From an uncultured Lachnospiraceae bacterium (lineage in GTDB: Bacteria; Bacillota; Clostridia; Lachnospirales; Lachnospiraceae): DNA of 64,000 nucleotides. Position numbers and translations under genes: made by a program. The stretch spans positions 100,639 through 164,638 of the forward strand of contig CADBFP010000002.1 in assembly GCA_902793995.1 (NCBI GenBank), written 5' to 3'. Of this stretch, positions 53,571 to 61,882 are shown piece by piece. How positions within the stretch are numbered: the first letter of the stretch is position 1; each line of letters begins with the position of its first letter. Under the pieces are notes generated by a model. That model saw only the letters and a list, made by a program, of their open reading frames with translations. It made no database searches and was not told where the DNA came from.

Positions 53571-54029
53571 TCATGCGTGGCAAGTCGGGATGATCTTCAA
53601 ATATAGATAAACCTCATGATCTCGCCGGTTCCGATAAACAGCTTTATCACTCTCAAACAATAGTTTTTCATGGAGCCGGATACTGGCAGCATTGTCCGTC
53701 CGGACCTGATTCAGAATGAGGCGATACCCTTTTTCGGAGGCATGATCCTCCAAAAGCGCCAGGGCTCCGCTTGCATATCCCTTTCTGCGCTCTTTTCCGA
53801 ATATTTCTGCGCCTGCGGAAACCACATGGGGACTATGTTCATAAAGGGACACTGTTCCCACGATCCGCTCATCGGCCAGAACGGCAAACATCTCAAAAAA
53901 ACGGTCTTCATGAACGCAGCGGTTCCATCCCGAAATCATGTCTCTAATATCGGAAATGGACATATCCGGATACATCTCCTTCCGAATGGCTTCCGCATCT
54001 TCCCATTCAAAGTGCTTTAGGATAACCAA
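53571..54029 (-). CDS. GNAT family N-acetyltransferase
   Basis: RRKGYASGALALLEDHA motif, and RLHEKLLF. TTG start. Confidence 0.8.
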   Translation of the reverse strand: MVILKHFEWEDAEAIRKEMYPDMSISDIRDMISGWNRCVHEDRFFEMFAVLADERIVGTVSLYEHSPHVVSAGAEIFGKERRKGYASGALALLEDHASEKGYRLILNQVRTDNAASIRLHEKLLFESDKAVYRNRRDHEVYLYLKIIPTCHA

Positions 54030-54219
54030 GTAAAAAACCTCTCCTGATGATAGTATTTATAATCGGGGCGGCATCAAGGCCCGAGCCGAATCATCTGTAT
54101 CATAGCATACGCGGCCCAGGATAGAAAGGGGCTTTAAAGCGCATCAAAGGGGACGGCCCCCAGAGAAGTCTCGTCCCCCATTTGGAACAGCCGGAATGAC
54201 TGCTTGACTTACATATTTG

Positions 54220-55011
54220 CTACTCGATCGGCAACTGGATCTCGGTCAGCCATTCGTCTTCCGAATCCTTATTCCAAATGCCGTCAATATAGCATTCACG
54301 GGCAAGGCCCGCCGCCGCAAACCCGTTCTGCTCTGCATATTTCATGAGGAATGCATAGGCTTCACCGATATTGGCATAGGAGCCTTTGTGGTAGATACTT
54401 AATACCCGGGCCTGAGGCAGGGTCCTGAAGCTGATCATATCATTTCCCTGTCCGAATGCCGTGACCGCTTCACTGTGCCTGATGCGGATATCGCTTTCTT
54501 TATACTCTCCATCCGGATACTCGCAGAACTCATAGGACGGCTCCGAGCACTTCATCCCCGGGTTCAGCTTCAGACACGCCTGTCCCACAGAGGGGATCCA
54601 TTCCAGCATGTCCGAATACGCCTTTAATACCGTTTCAGCAGTATATACGATTTTTTCCGGGATCAGCTTTTCCGTCACCTGATACTTCATTTCTTTGTCC
54701 TCCAAAATTGAATATATTATGGAAAGACGGGATTCGATCAGATGCTTTTCTTTCGTGAGTGATATGATCCTCTCCTGCAGGATTTCCTTCACATCCATTC
54801 CGGCAAATACTGCCTTGATTTCCTCCACGGACAGGCCCAGCTGCCGGTATGATTTGATCCTGGCCGCAGTTTCAAGCTGTGAGGTTTCGTAAAACCTGTA
54901 ATGGTTCCATTCGTCAACGGAAGCAGGTTTCAGCAGGCCTTCTTTTTCATAAAACCTCAGGGCTTTTATGGTCAGGTGTGAAAGCTTGGAAAAATCACTG
55001 ATTTTGAGCAT
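54220..55011 (-). CDS. MerR-family regulator with GyrI-like effector-binding domain (BmrR-like)
   Basis: MLKISDFSKLSHLTIKALRFYEKEGLL (MerR HTH), then a C-terminal GyrI-like domain. AAGGAG SD before ATG 55011. Confidence 0.85.
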   Translation of the reverse strand: MLKISDFSKLSHLTIKALRFYEKEGLLKPASVDEWNHYRFYETSQLETAARIKSYRQLGLSVEEIKAVFAGMDVKEILQERIISLTKEKHLIESRLSIIYSILEDKEMKYQVTEKLIPEKIVYTAETVLKAYSDMLEWIPSVGQACLKLNPGMKCSEPSYEFCEYPDGEYKESDIRIRHSEAVTAFGQGNDMISFRTLPQARVLSIYHKGSYANIGEAYAFLMKYAEQNGFAAAGLARECYIDGIWNKDSEDEWLTEIQLPIE

Positions 55012-55170
55012 CTTCGTCAATCTCCTTTCCACACCCGACACACTAATCTATTCCGTAGGGGACGAGTCAAGGGGGAAACAACAAAAAAGTTTTGGAGGCA
55101 GAAAAACAGTTTCTGCAATATCTTTTTATCATTGAGTTTTACTGGCTTTTGCATCTTCCTACCAGCGCAT

Positions 55171-55263
55171 TCATTTTCTGTTTTCGGCTTCTTCTATATG
55201 GTGTCTGATTGCATTTTCGTTTTCTTTACAGTAATCATAGGATAGTTCCATGTAGCGCGCCAT
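55171..55263 (-). pseudogene. relic C-terminus of a paralog of the HExxH protein at 47769-48557
   Basis: MARYMELSYDYCKENENAIRHHIEEAENRK* compares with ...ITDYMELSYQYCLDNEKEIRQHITEAEKKY*. Confidence 0.6.
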
Positions 55264-55274
55264 TGTGAACTTGA

Positions 55275-56072
55275 TTATTTATGTGTTTTGAGATTTTTTT
55301 GAAGTATATCCAGTGTATGATGGGAGGCCCCGATCAAATCCTGCCGTTCGCAGATCGTGAAGTGATAATCCATCCACTTGCCGAAGGTCTCGTCATCCAT
55401 GGCATCGATATACTCTCTTTTATAATTCGTTGCCCCATCTGTGGCGACCAGCTTGATTCTCCTGACCGGCACCGCCGCATCCAGCTCTGCAATCTCCTCT
55501 GTACGCACCATTTCAAAAAGATCTTTCGGCTCACTGATGCAATGCCAGTCGGGCGTCAGCATCTTAAGATCCATCACCTCATGCAGTTTATTCATACCGA
55601 ATACATATTGGATGACAGTCGGTTCATTCATACAATAAGCCACCAGGATATGACCGCCGGTTTTTGTTACACGAACCGCCTCGGAAAGGGCCTGGATCTT
55701 TTCTTCTTTCGTGTATAGGTGATACATGGGGCCCAGCAGCATGGTTAGATCGAAAGAATTATCTGCAAAGGCGGACAAATCCAGCGCATTTCCTTGCAAA
55801 GCTGTGATGGGCTCTGTACCATCTAATTTAGACCGTAGTATTTCCAGGTTATGTTCGATCAGTTCAACCGCTGTCACAGAAAGCCCTTGTTTGGCCAGGG
55901 TTACACTGTATCGTCCTGTGCCGGCTCCGATCTCAAGGATACCTGGATCTGAAATACCGTCCAGACACTCTTCTATGTATTTCATTGTGGTCAGGTATTC
56001 TACTTGTCCGTGACGGGAGAGAAGGCGCCCGTCTTCATCATAATTATTGTAATAGCTTTCCAGATAAAACAT
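55275..56072 (-). CDS. class I SAM-dependent methyltransferase
   Basis: Start at MFYLESYY. ILEIGAGTGRYS (motif I). Paralog of 61883-62674. The ORF-track N-terminal extension reads through the Hol-Tox relic. Confidence 0.85.
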   Translation of the reverse strand: MFYLESYYNNYDEDGRLLSRHGQVEYLTTMKYIEECLDGISDPGILEIGAGTGRYSVTLAKQGLSVTAVELIEHNLEILRSKLDGTEPITALQGNALDLSAFADNSFDLTMLLGPMYHLYTKEEKIQALSEAVRVTKTGGHILVAYCMNEPTVIQYVFGMNKLHEVMDLKMLTPDWHCISEPKDLFEMVRTEEIAELDAAVPVRRIKLVATDGATNYKREYIDAMDDETFGKWMDYHFTICERQDLIGASHHTLDILQKNLKTHK

Positions 56073-56113
56073 GGCTTCCTCCTCACGATTGGCAAGTTGG
56101 GAGTGCTCGCCAG

Positions 56114-56170
56114 ATATGCGGAATAAGAGAAACAGGTAACCGCTTCTCTCCACAGTTGCCGGTTACCTGT
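56114..56170 (+). pseudogene. Hol-Tox copy C relic (last codons and terminator only)
   Basis: atatgcggaataagagaaacaggtaa followed by the hairpin 56131-56170. Everything upstream of codon ~24 of the toxin is missing. Confidence 0.65.
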
Positions 56171-56222
56171 TTTTAGGAAAACTGCACTGGGAGCGACCAC
56201 CTGTGGGAGGGCTCATCCGTGC
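56120..56222 (-). ncRNA. candidate antisense sRNA, copy C (orphan)
   Basis: The 5' sequence, terminator and promoter are conserved although the toxin ORF is deleted. Confidence 0.5.
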
Positions 56223-56228
56223 ATATAG

Positions 56229-56257
56229 AGTATAAACGAAATCGGGGTAATCGTCAA
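56229..56257 (-). promoter_or_regulatory. promoter of antisense RNA, copy C
   Basis: On the minus strand: TTGACG (56257-56252), 17 nt, TATACT (56234-56229). Confidence 0.65.
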
Positions 56258-56498
56258 TTGCTTTTTGGAAAAAGCAAGATAATGCGTAGACAGCTCCGAT
56301 AAGGATGTGAAAGAGTCTCTACAAAGAGGAGAGATTCCGGACTGTCTAACAGTGGGCGCGCCTGTCCGTACAGGCACCGCTTGTCCGGGGCCCACCGCCC
56401 CTGAACCCCCGCCTGGTGACTGAAAGGAGGCGGCATGGAACAGGAAATACACCAAGTCGAAATAGACCCTTCCACGGAACTTAAAGCCGTCCTCAACT

Positions 56499-57599
56499 TC
56501 AGCGAGTAATCACATGCCAGATCACCGGGTGGACAAAGCCACAGGATTGATACAGCTCAAAGGGATTGCCCGGATTGTTCACCCGGCCGGACACAGTAAC
56601 AAAATCCGCTTTCGTGGAAAGTTTTGAAACCATCTCGGAGACTATCACGCGGCCCAGGCCCTTATGCCTATACTCCGGAGAAACCTGGATCCAATCAAGG
56701 ATCCCTTCGCCTATTTGGGAATCGAATTCTCCAATCCCGCTGGCTACTATCCTGTCCGTTTCTCTCTCCCGCACCGCAATCCAAAGCTCCTCATCATATA
56801 CGCCGCGCTTTTTGTACGATGCCAGTTCATTAAGCGTAATCCCCTCTTCCGCATAGCACGCATTGATATGGTTTGCGAGTTCTTCTGCACTGGCGGCTGT
56901 AAGCTTATACTCTTCAGGAAGAATAACCTCCGGTATTTTTTCAAGCTGATGAACCAGCTTGAAATAGGGCTCGTCAATTCCCTCAAAAGATTCAGCATGG
57001 AACTCATCCTCGCGAAATACAGCTATATTTTCAGGCAGTTTTATCTGAAGGGTTTTCCAAAATGGCAAGGATGATGTTTGGCAGGGATCCTCCAAATACG
57101 CTTGGCGCAGATAATCCTCTCTTTTCATTTCCAACAGGAACATCCCCTCCGTTGTTTCCAACTCTGTAAAGCCCACGGATCTGTGAATCTTATAGGCCGC
57201 CCCGCGGGTGGTCTCAAAATCATTGCGCAGCTTTGATATTCCGTTAATCCTGAAGGCACGGTCCAATAGCAGCTGCAATCCCTGCTTGCCGTAACCCTTT
57301 CCCCGCTCCGGAGCATAAATCACGATCCCCATGTCGAAGCAGTCCTGCCTGAGATTGTAATGATAGTTTACATCTCCCACAAAGCAGCCGTCTGATTTAC
57401 GCTTCAGGAATGCATAGAACCTTTTATCCTCATAACCGATCCACGATGAAATCAGCATTTCCCATTCCTCTTCCGGATTGGGAATGCACCCATCCGGCGG
57501 AAACCACGGCGCATTATAGGCCATCGTTTCAGGATCGCTCATCATTTTCACATAGAACCAGCCATCATCTTTTTCAGGTATGTGTAATAACAAATCCAT
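56499..57599 (-). CDS. tandem-domain GNAT family acetyltransferase
   Basis: 366 aa with two GNAT cores: ERGKGYGKQGLQLLLD... and HKGLGRVIVSEMV... Confidence 0.8.
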   Translation of the reverse strand: MDLLLHIPEKDDGWFYVKMMSDPETMAYNAPWFPPDGCIPNPEEEWEMLISSWIGYEDKRFYAFLKRKSDGCFVGDVNYHYNLRQDCFDMGIVIYAPERGKGYGKQGLQLLLDRAFRINGISKLRNDFETTRGAAYKIHRSVGFTELETTEGMFLLEMKREDYLRQAYLEDPCQTSSLPFWKTLQIKLPENIAVFREDEFHAESFEGIDEPYFKLVHQLEKIPEVILPEEYKLTAASAEELANHINACYAEEGITLNELASYKKRGVYDEELWIAVRERETDRIVASGIGEFDSQIGEGILDWIQVSPEYRHKGLGRVIVSEMVSKLSTKADFVTVSGRVNNPGNPFELYQSCGFVHPVIWHVITR

Positions 57600-57616
57600 T
57601 ATACTTCAATTCCCCA

Positions 57617-58084
57617 CTACCGCTTAATAAACACGGGCATGTCGTATTCGTCTTTTCCATTCTCCACAAATCCCAGCGACTTCCAAAAACGGATGGAATC
57701 TTCCTTTTCGCTGTTTATTTCATAATAAACAGCGCCATCTTCCTTCGTGTAGGCTTCCAGGGCCTTAAAGCATTGGTGTCCGGTTCCCTTCCCTCTGTAT
57801 TCAGGAAAAACCCAGAAATCCAGGACAAAGCACTTCCCGTCCTCGCTTTGATATGTGTTGTACTGCGCGGCGCCAATGCGCTTTTCATCATCCACAAAAT
57901 AAACCATGTGATGCTTGTCTGTTTCCCGCATCATACGGGCCTTGATGATGTTCCTGTATTCATCTCCCGCAAAATAGGCAATGTCTTCTTCATCTTCAAT
58001 AATCGCATCATCGACTAAATATTTAAGATGAATCTCCCAAAACTCCTCGATCCTATCCACCGGTATTTCTTCAATTCTTATCAT
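57617..58084 (-). CDS. GNAT family N-acetyltransferase
   Basis: Start at MIRIEEIPVD. YRGKGTGHQCFKALEAY motif, and WKSLGFVE. Its 3' end is duplicated at 50793-50893. Confidence 0.85.
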   Translation of the reverse strand: MIRIEEIPVDRIEEFWEIHLKYLVDDAIIEDEEDIAYFAGDEYRNIIKARMMRETDKHHMVYFVDDEKRIGAAQYNTYQSEDGKCFVLDFWVFPEYRGKGTGHQCFKALEAYTKEDGAVYYEINSEKEDSIRFWKSLGFVENGKDEYDMPVFIKR

Positions 58085-58106
58085 ACCTGCCCCTTTACCC
58101 CTCAAT

Positions 58107-58970
58107 CTACCTGATAAGCCTTCCTTCGTAATATTTCTCCTGGAAGAAAACCAACTCCAGGATTTCCTCGTCGGAATACCCCTTTTCATCGAGAGATACC
58201 ACCCATTTGTCCTCATTATCATTCGTGCGATGATAAACAGCTATTACCCTTCCCTCAAATTTTTCAAGTGGTTTGTCCGTCCCGAGAACATATACATCCT
58301 GCTCCTCACCATCATCCGCAAATACACCATTCACATATCCGTAATTAATCGGATATATCATTTCCGGATAATCCGGATGTGCGCTGCCAAGCGGCCTGTC
58401 AATTGTGCCGCTCACAGTCGATCCAATAACAACAATGGCTTTGCAAAAGTCAATAATCTCCTGCCTTCTTGCCGCCACATCCTCTTTATGCTCGACAGAC
58501 GGTAAGCCCAGGCCCCCGCCGCAGGCGATATCCAAATGCCCGTAGAAATGCTCCAGGGTGCCAATAATCTTTTCACACTCCCGCAGGCTGGGCCCCGTGC
58601 GCAGGGCAATGACATATCCCTTTTTTCCGGAGGGAATGGCTTTGTAGGGCTCATGGGTATTGCACCAGGGAGTGCATCGGTCGATAAAGGCTTTGAACTG
58701 GCCGGGTACATCCGCCCAATAAGAGGGTGACACAGCCAAAATGACATCTGCTTTCTCAATTTCCGCCATCAAAAGCTCCGCCTCATCCTGCTGCACGCAG
58801 GCGGCGGTTTCATGGCATTTCCGGCAGCCTTTGCAAAAAGCGAAATCATAATCATCAATGCAAACAGATTTCACTTTATATTTGCCGGATAGTTGTTCCG
58901 AAGCTATCCTGGCGATTTCCGCCGTGGCACCCGTTTTCACGGGGCTGCAATTCATAACAAGGGCATTCAT
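58107..58970 (-). CDS. fusion protein: flavodoxin-like FMN reductase/iron-sulfur flavoprotein domain plus inorganic-pyrophosphatase-like domain
   Basis: N-terminal MNCSPVKTG...CKGCRKCHETAAC...DVILAVSPSYWADVPGQFKAFIDR. The C-terminal IDRPLGS..P....IYPINYGYV.....DGEEQDVYVLG...RVIAVYHRTNDNEDKWVV resembles the family I PPase core. Confidence 0.65.
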   Translation of the reverse strand: MNALVMNCSPVKTGATAEIARIASEQLSGKYKVKSVCIDDYDFAFCKGCRKCHETAACVQQDEAELLMAEIEKADVILAVSPSYWADVPGQFKAFIDRCTPWCNTHEPYKAIPSGKKGYVIALRTGPSLRECEKIIGTLEHFYGHLDIACGGGLGLPSVEHKEDVAARRQEIIDFCKAIVVIGSTVSGTIDRPLGSAHPDYPEMIYPINYGYVNGVFADDGEEQDVYVLGTDKPLEKFEGRVIAVYHRTNDNEDKWVVSLDEKGYSDEEILELVFFQEKYYEGRLIR

Positions 58971-58996
58971 CCAGCGCTTCCTCCTGTCACAGGCCT

Positions 58997-59548
58997 CTAT
59001 AGATCAAAGGTATTCTTAATCAATCTTGCCACTTCATCGGGTTCTTTATCTGAATTATCAATCCTGAGATAGTTATCAAAAGGGATCTCCCCTTCATAGC
59101 TGACGCAGCGGTGATTCAGATCATCATTGATTAAACGCCGGTTTGAAATCTCTTCATCTCTTTTGGAGGCCTTGTGTTTCAGCCGATTTTCGGAAACGTT
59201 TCTCCTCAACCGGATCTCTTGCGGAGCTATCAGTTCAACATAATAAAACTCTGTTCCGTATGGTTCAAAAATCCCTTTGACATGCTCCAGGTACTCCCAT
59301 TCCGAAGGCAGGTCAAAATCCATCATATACGTGAAAATCATCCCATAGTTATCGGAGGCGGCGTAGTTTTTGAAGAAGACGTCACGCAATTCCGAGATGG
59401 TCTTTCCGTCGTATCTGCCGAAAACCTCTATGACCGCTTCGATGGTCATGTGATTGTGAAAGAGCCGCAAGTCCGTGGTTTTCATCAGTTCCTGGCCTAC
59501 CGTCATTTTTCCGACTGCTGCATCACCTATTATAAACACCAGTTTCAT
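58997..59548 (-). CDS. P-loop kinase-like protein (AAA/shikimate- or chloramphenicol-kinase-like)
   Basis: Start at MKLVFIIGDAAVGKMTVG (Walker A). ATGA overlap with the upstream GNAT gene. Confidence 0.65.
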   Translation of the reverse strand: MKLVFIIGDAAVGKMTVGQELMKTTDLRLFHNHMTIEAVIEVFGRYDGKTISELRDVFFKNYAASDNYGMIFTYMMDFDLPSEWEYLEHVKGIFEPYGTEFYYVELIAPQEIRLRRNVSENRLKHKASKRDEEISNRRLINDDLNHRCVSYEGEIPFDNYLRIDNSDKEPDEVARLIKNTFDL

Positions 59549-60036
59549 GAGACAGCTCCTTTCAGAGTCATTCTGATTTCTTCCGCTCCGATGATAGGGC
59601 TGACGGTTTCCTCCCCGTCCGAGATAAAGCCGCATTTTTCGTAAAAGCGAATAGCCCGTTTATTCTCCTTCAATACCCAAAGGCAAATCTGCGGATAGGA
59701 GGCCAGCTGTTTTAAGCCTGCCTCCATCAGCTGCTGCGCTACCCCCTTGCCGTAATACTCCGCCAGCACATATAAAGCAAATATCTCCCCGGTATCCGGC
59801 GCTTCCTCTCCCCGGTCGCCGAAGCCCACAAAGCCCACTACCCGCTCATGGTCTTTTGCCACCAGCAGATTGTCCGGCCAGCGGTAGGCCATGTCCTCAC
59901 ATTTTTCCAGGGTCAGTTTGTCCAGATAGGCCTGATCCACCAGGCCGGGATATGCCTCCTGCCACGCTTTCCAGTGGACAAATGCCTTGCCCCGGATCTC
60001 ATCATCCGTTTCCATCTTTTTTATGGTAATACACAT
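59545..60036 (-). CDS. GNAT family N-acetyltransferase
   Basis: YYGKGVAQQLMEAGLKQL motif, and FYEKCGF. GGGAGG SD before ATG 60036. Confidence 0.85.
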   Translation of the reverse strand: MCITIKKMETDDEIRGKAFVHWKAWQEAYPGLVDQAYLDKLTLEKCEDMAYRWPDNLLVAKDHERVVGFVGFGDRGEEAPDTGEIFALYVLAEYYGKGVAQQLMEAGLKQLASYPQICLWVLKENKRAIRFYEKCGFISDGEETVSPIIGAEEIRMTLKGAVS

Positions 60037-60056
60037 ATCTGCCGTACCTCCCGGTT

Positions 60057-60503
60057 TCACCCGGGGTTGTCACCCTCCTCCTTCCCCACCCAGGTATGTT
60101 CGTAGTTTTCTATCACCCAGTCTTCCACCTTTACCACCACCTGGTACTGATCCTCATAAACGATTTCTCCGGGGTCGTTGGTATAAATCACATAGTAGGG
60201 ATGATGATACTTTTCCAACAGCCACAGGGCCGGACGGATCAGCCTCATCATTTCGTCCGCGTTTTCGGTCTTGAAAAAGCAAATAACCTTCTCTTTCTGC
60301 ATGCATTGAGGCGGGAAGGGCAGGATTTCCGCAAACCATTTGTCAATCTCCTTGTAGAGATCTGCGTCCTCTTCCTCCATCTTTTCGTCCTTAATCAGTT
60401 TCCAGCACATGCTGAAAACCCCCTTGCCCTGCAGGGTATTGGCCGCCAGTTCCCGGCCCTGGATGCGCACATATTTGTAGCGCTCGTTAATGTCTTTCTT
60501 CAT
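60057..60503 (-). CDS. hypothetical protein
   Basis: Start at MKKDINERYKY (AAGGAAG SD). No family recognised. Confidence 0.55.
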   Translation of the reverse strand: MKKDINERYKYVRIQGRELAANTLQGKGVFSMCWKLIKDEKMEEEDADLYKEIDKWFAEILPFPPQCMQKEKVICFFKTENADEMMRLIRPALWLLEKYHHPYYVIYTNDPGEIVYEDQYQVVVKVEDWVIENYEHTWVGKEEGDNPG

Positions 60504-60518
60504 CTCATTCTTCCTTTC

Positions 60519-60550
60519 TGCGCCAGGGGGACATGTCCCTTGGCGCACTT
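60519..60550. repeat. GC-rich palindrome family, copy 2
   Basis: tgcgccagggggacatgtcccttggcgcactt, ~16 nt upstream of ATG 60503. Confidence 0.7.
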
Positions 60551-60573
60551 TCCGTAGGCTGTGTTACCGGGTG

Positions 60574-60690
60574 TTACCCTATTATCCCTTCCTCCATCAG
60601 CATTTCCAGCACCCGGGCCTCCCGTTCGAACATAAGGGGGTTATAGGGGCTTTCCCCCGCCTCGATGCCGCCGCCGGGGTATATGGGAAA
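60574..60690 (-). pseudogene. internally deleted NUDIX gene relic
   Basis: ..FPIYPGGGIEAGESPYNPLMFEREARVLEMLMEEGIIG*. The start of a Nudix box (GGG.E.GE) is fused to a C-terminus that recurs at 62684-62735. Confidence 0.5.
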
Positions 60691-60745
60691 TATGTTCCTC
60701 CCATGGTTCTGCCATACTATGTTACTGCAAGCTTTCATCCCCGGA

Positions 60746-60769
60746 GGGCGATTGATAATCGCCCCTACG
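60746..60769 (+). repeat. REP-like unit, identical to 311-334
   Basis: gggcgattgataatcgcccctacg. Confidence 0.8.
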
Positions 60770-60830
60770 AGGCTTCCGCATCGGGCGGTTGCAACCTTGA
60801 CCTGCTTCCATCCGTAGGGGCGGCTACGGT

Positions 60831-60896
60831 CCCTGAGCGGCCCCTGAGCGGCCCCTGAGCTTGTCGAAGGGCTTGTCGAAGGGCTTGTCGAAGGGC
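60831..60896 (+). repeat. short tandem repeats (ccctgagcggc x2.7, then ttgtcgaagggc x3)
   Basis: Read directly: ccctgagcggcccctgagcggcccctgagc ttgtcgaagggcttgtcgaagggcttgtcgaagggc. Confidence 0.85.
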
Positions 60897-60914
60897 AGCC
60901 GCCCGCATCCCCGG

Positions 60915-61865
60915 TCAACAGTCATCGCCGCTTTCCTCTTTCCACTCTTCCAAAAAAGCCTCTAAAAAAGCGTGTCGCTTTTCCGCCAGCTGCCGTCCCT
61001 TTTCCGTATGCATCAGATCCTTGAGGAGCAGCAATTTATCATAAAAATGCTGCAAAGAATCCGCCATAGACCGGCCGTGCTCCCCGCCGTAGGCAAAGGT
61101 GCGGGCAATGCCGATGGCCCCCAGGGCGTCCAGCCGGTCCGCATCCTGTACGATTTTCCCCTCCAAAGTCCGGGGCATTTTCCCTCGGTTCCGGCTGAAA
61201 GACACGGAATTGATGGCCTCACATACCAAATCGATGCCCTCCGCCGGGATATGGTTTTCCTCTAAAAACCAACGGGCGTTGGCATTATTCTCCGTCTGGA
61301 ACAGCTTGTGGTCGTCGGCGTCGTGCAGAAGCGCCGCCAGAGCCACCACCTCCTTATCGCAGCCAGGCTCGCTGTCCGCAATCTCCATGGCAGCCCGATA
61401 AACCCGCAGTGTATGGTCCGCATCGTGTCCTCCGGCATTTTCCGCAAATAAAGCCTGCACGTATGCCATAGCCCGCTCCGTAATGATCTCCCGCTGCATA
61501 TCGTCACACCACGCATCCCACAAGGTTTTGTAATCCTGCTCACTGATGATCCTCTCCTGCAAATCCAGGGAAGAGTGAATGCCTCGCTCCCGGCAGGCCG
61601 CCACGCAGCGCCTATACATATCCCAGGACAAATCATCCTCTTCCAAAGCCAAAGGTACCTGCTCCAGCCCCGCCCGCAACGCCGCCACTGCCCGGGTATG
61701 ACCGTCGGTCATCACGGGCCGCCCATCCAGCCATTTCACCGGAATGGGGGCAAAATTTGACAATTCTCCGGGAATTAGCCATTGCTCCACTTCCGCCAGC
61801 TTTTTCTCGGAAATGTAAAACTGGGAGGGCTGCAGATCCCTCAGCTTCAGGTTTATGCTTTCCAT
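60915..61865 (-). CDS. fusion protein: ParB/sulfiredoxin-like N-terminal domain plus HD-domain phosphohydrolase
   Basis: Start at MESINLKLRDLQPSQF (AGGAG SD). TDGHTRAVAA (ParB-like DGxxR). HDADHTLRV, LLHDADD and QDADRLDALGAIG (HD domain). Confidence 0.7.
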   Translation of the reverse strand: MESINLKLRDLQPSQFYISEKKLAEVEQWLIPGELSNFAPIPVKWLDGRPVMTDGHTRAVAALRAGLEQVPLALEEDDLSWDMYRRCVAACRERGIHSSLDLQERIISEQDYKTLWDAWCDDMQREIITERAMAYVQALFAENAGGHDADHTLRVYRAAMEIADSEPGCDKEVVALAALLHDADDHKLFQTENNANARWFLEENHIPAEGIDLVCEAINSVSFSRNRGKMPRTLEGKIVQDADRLDALGAIGIARTFAYGGEHGRSMADSLQHFYDKLLLLKDLMHTEKGRQLAEKRHAFLEAFLEEWKEESGDDC

Positions 61866-61882
61866 ACGCTTTTCTCCTAAAA

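Noticed and set aside
60831-60896. Short tandem repeats as a CRISPR array or coding repeat protein
   Set aside because: The units are 11-12 bp with no spacers, and no cas genes are present. The surrounding ORF is a composite of repeats and a gene relic.
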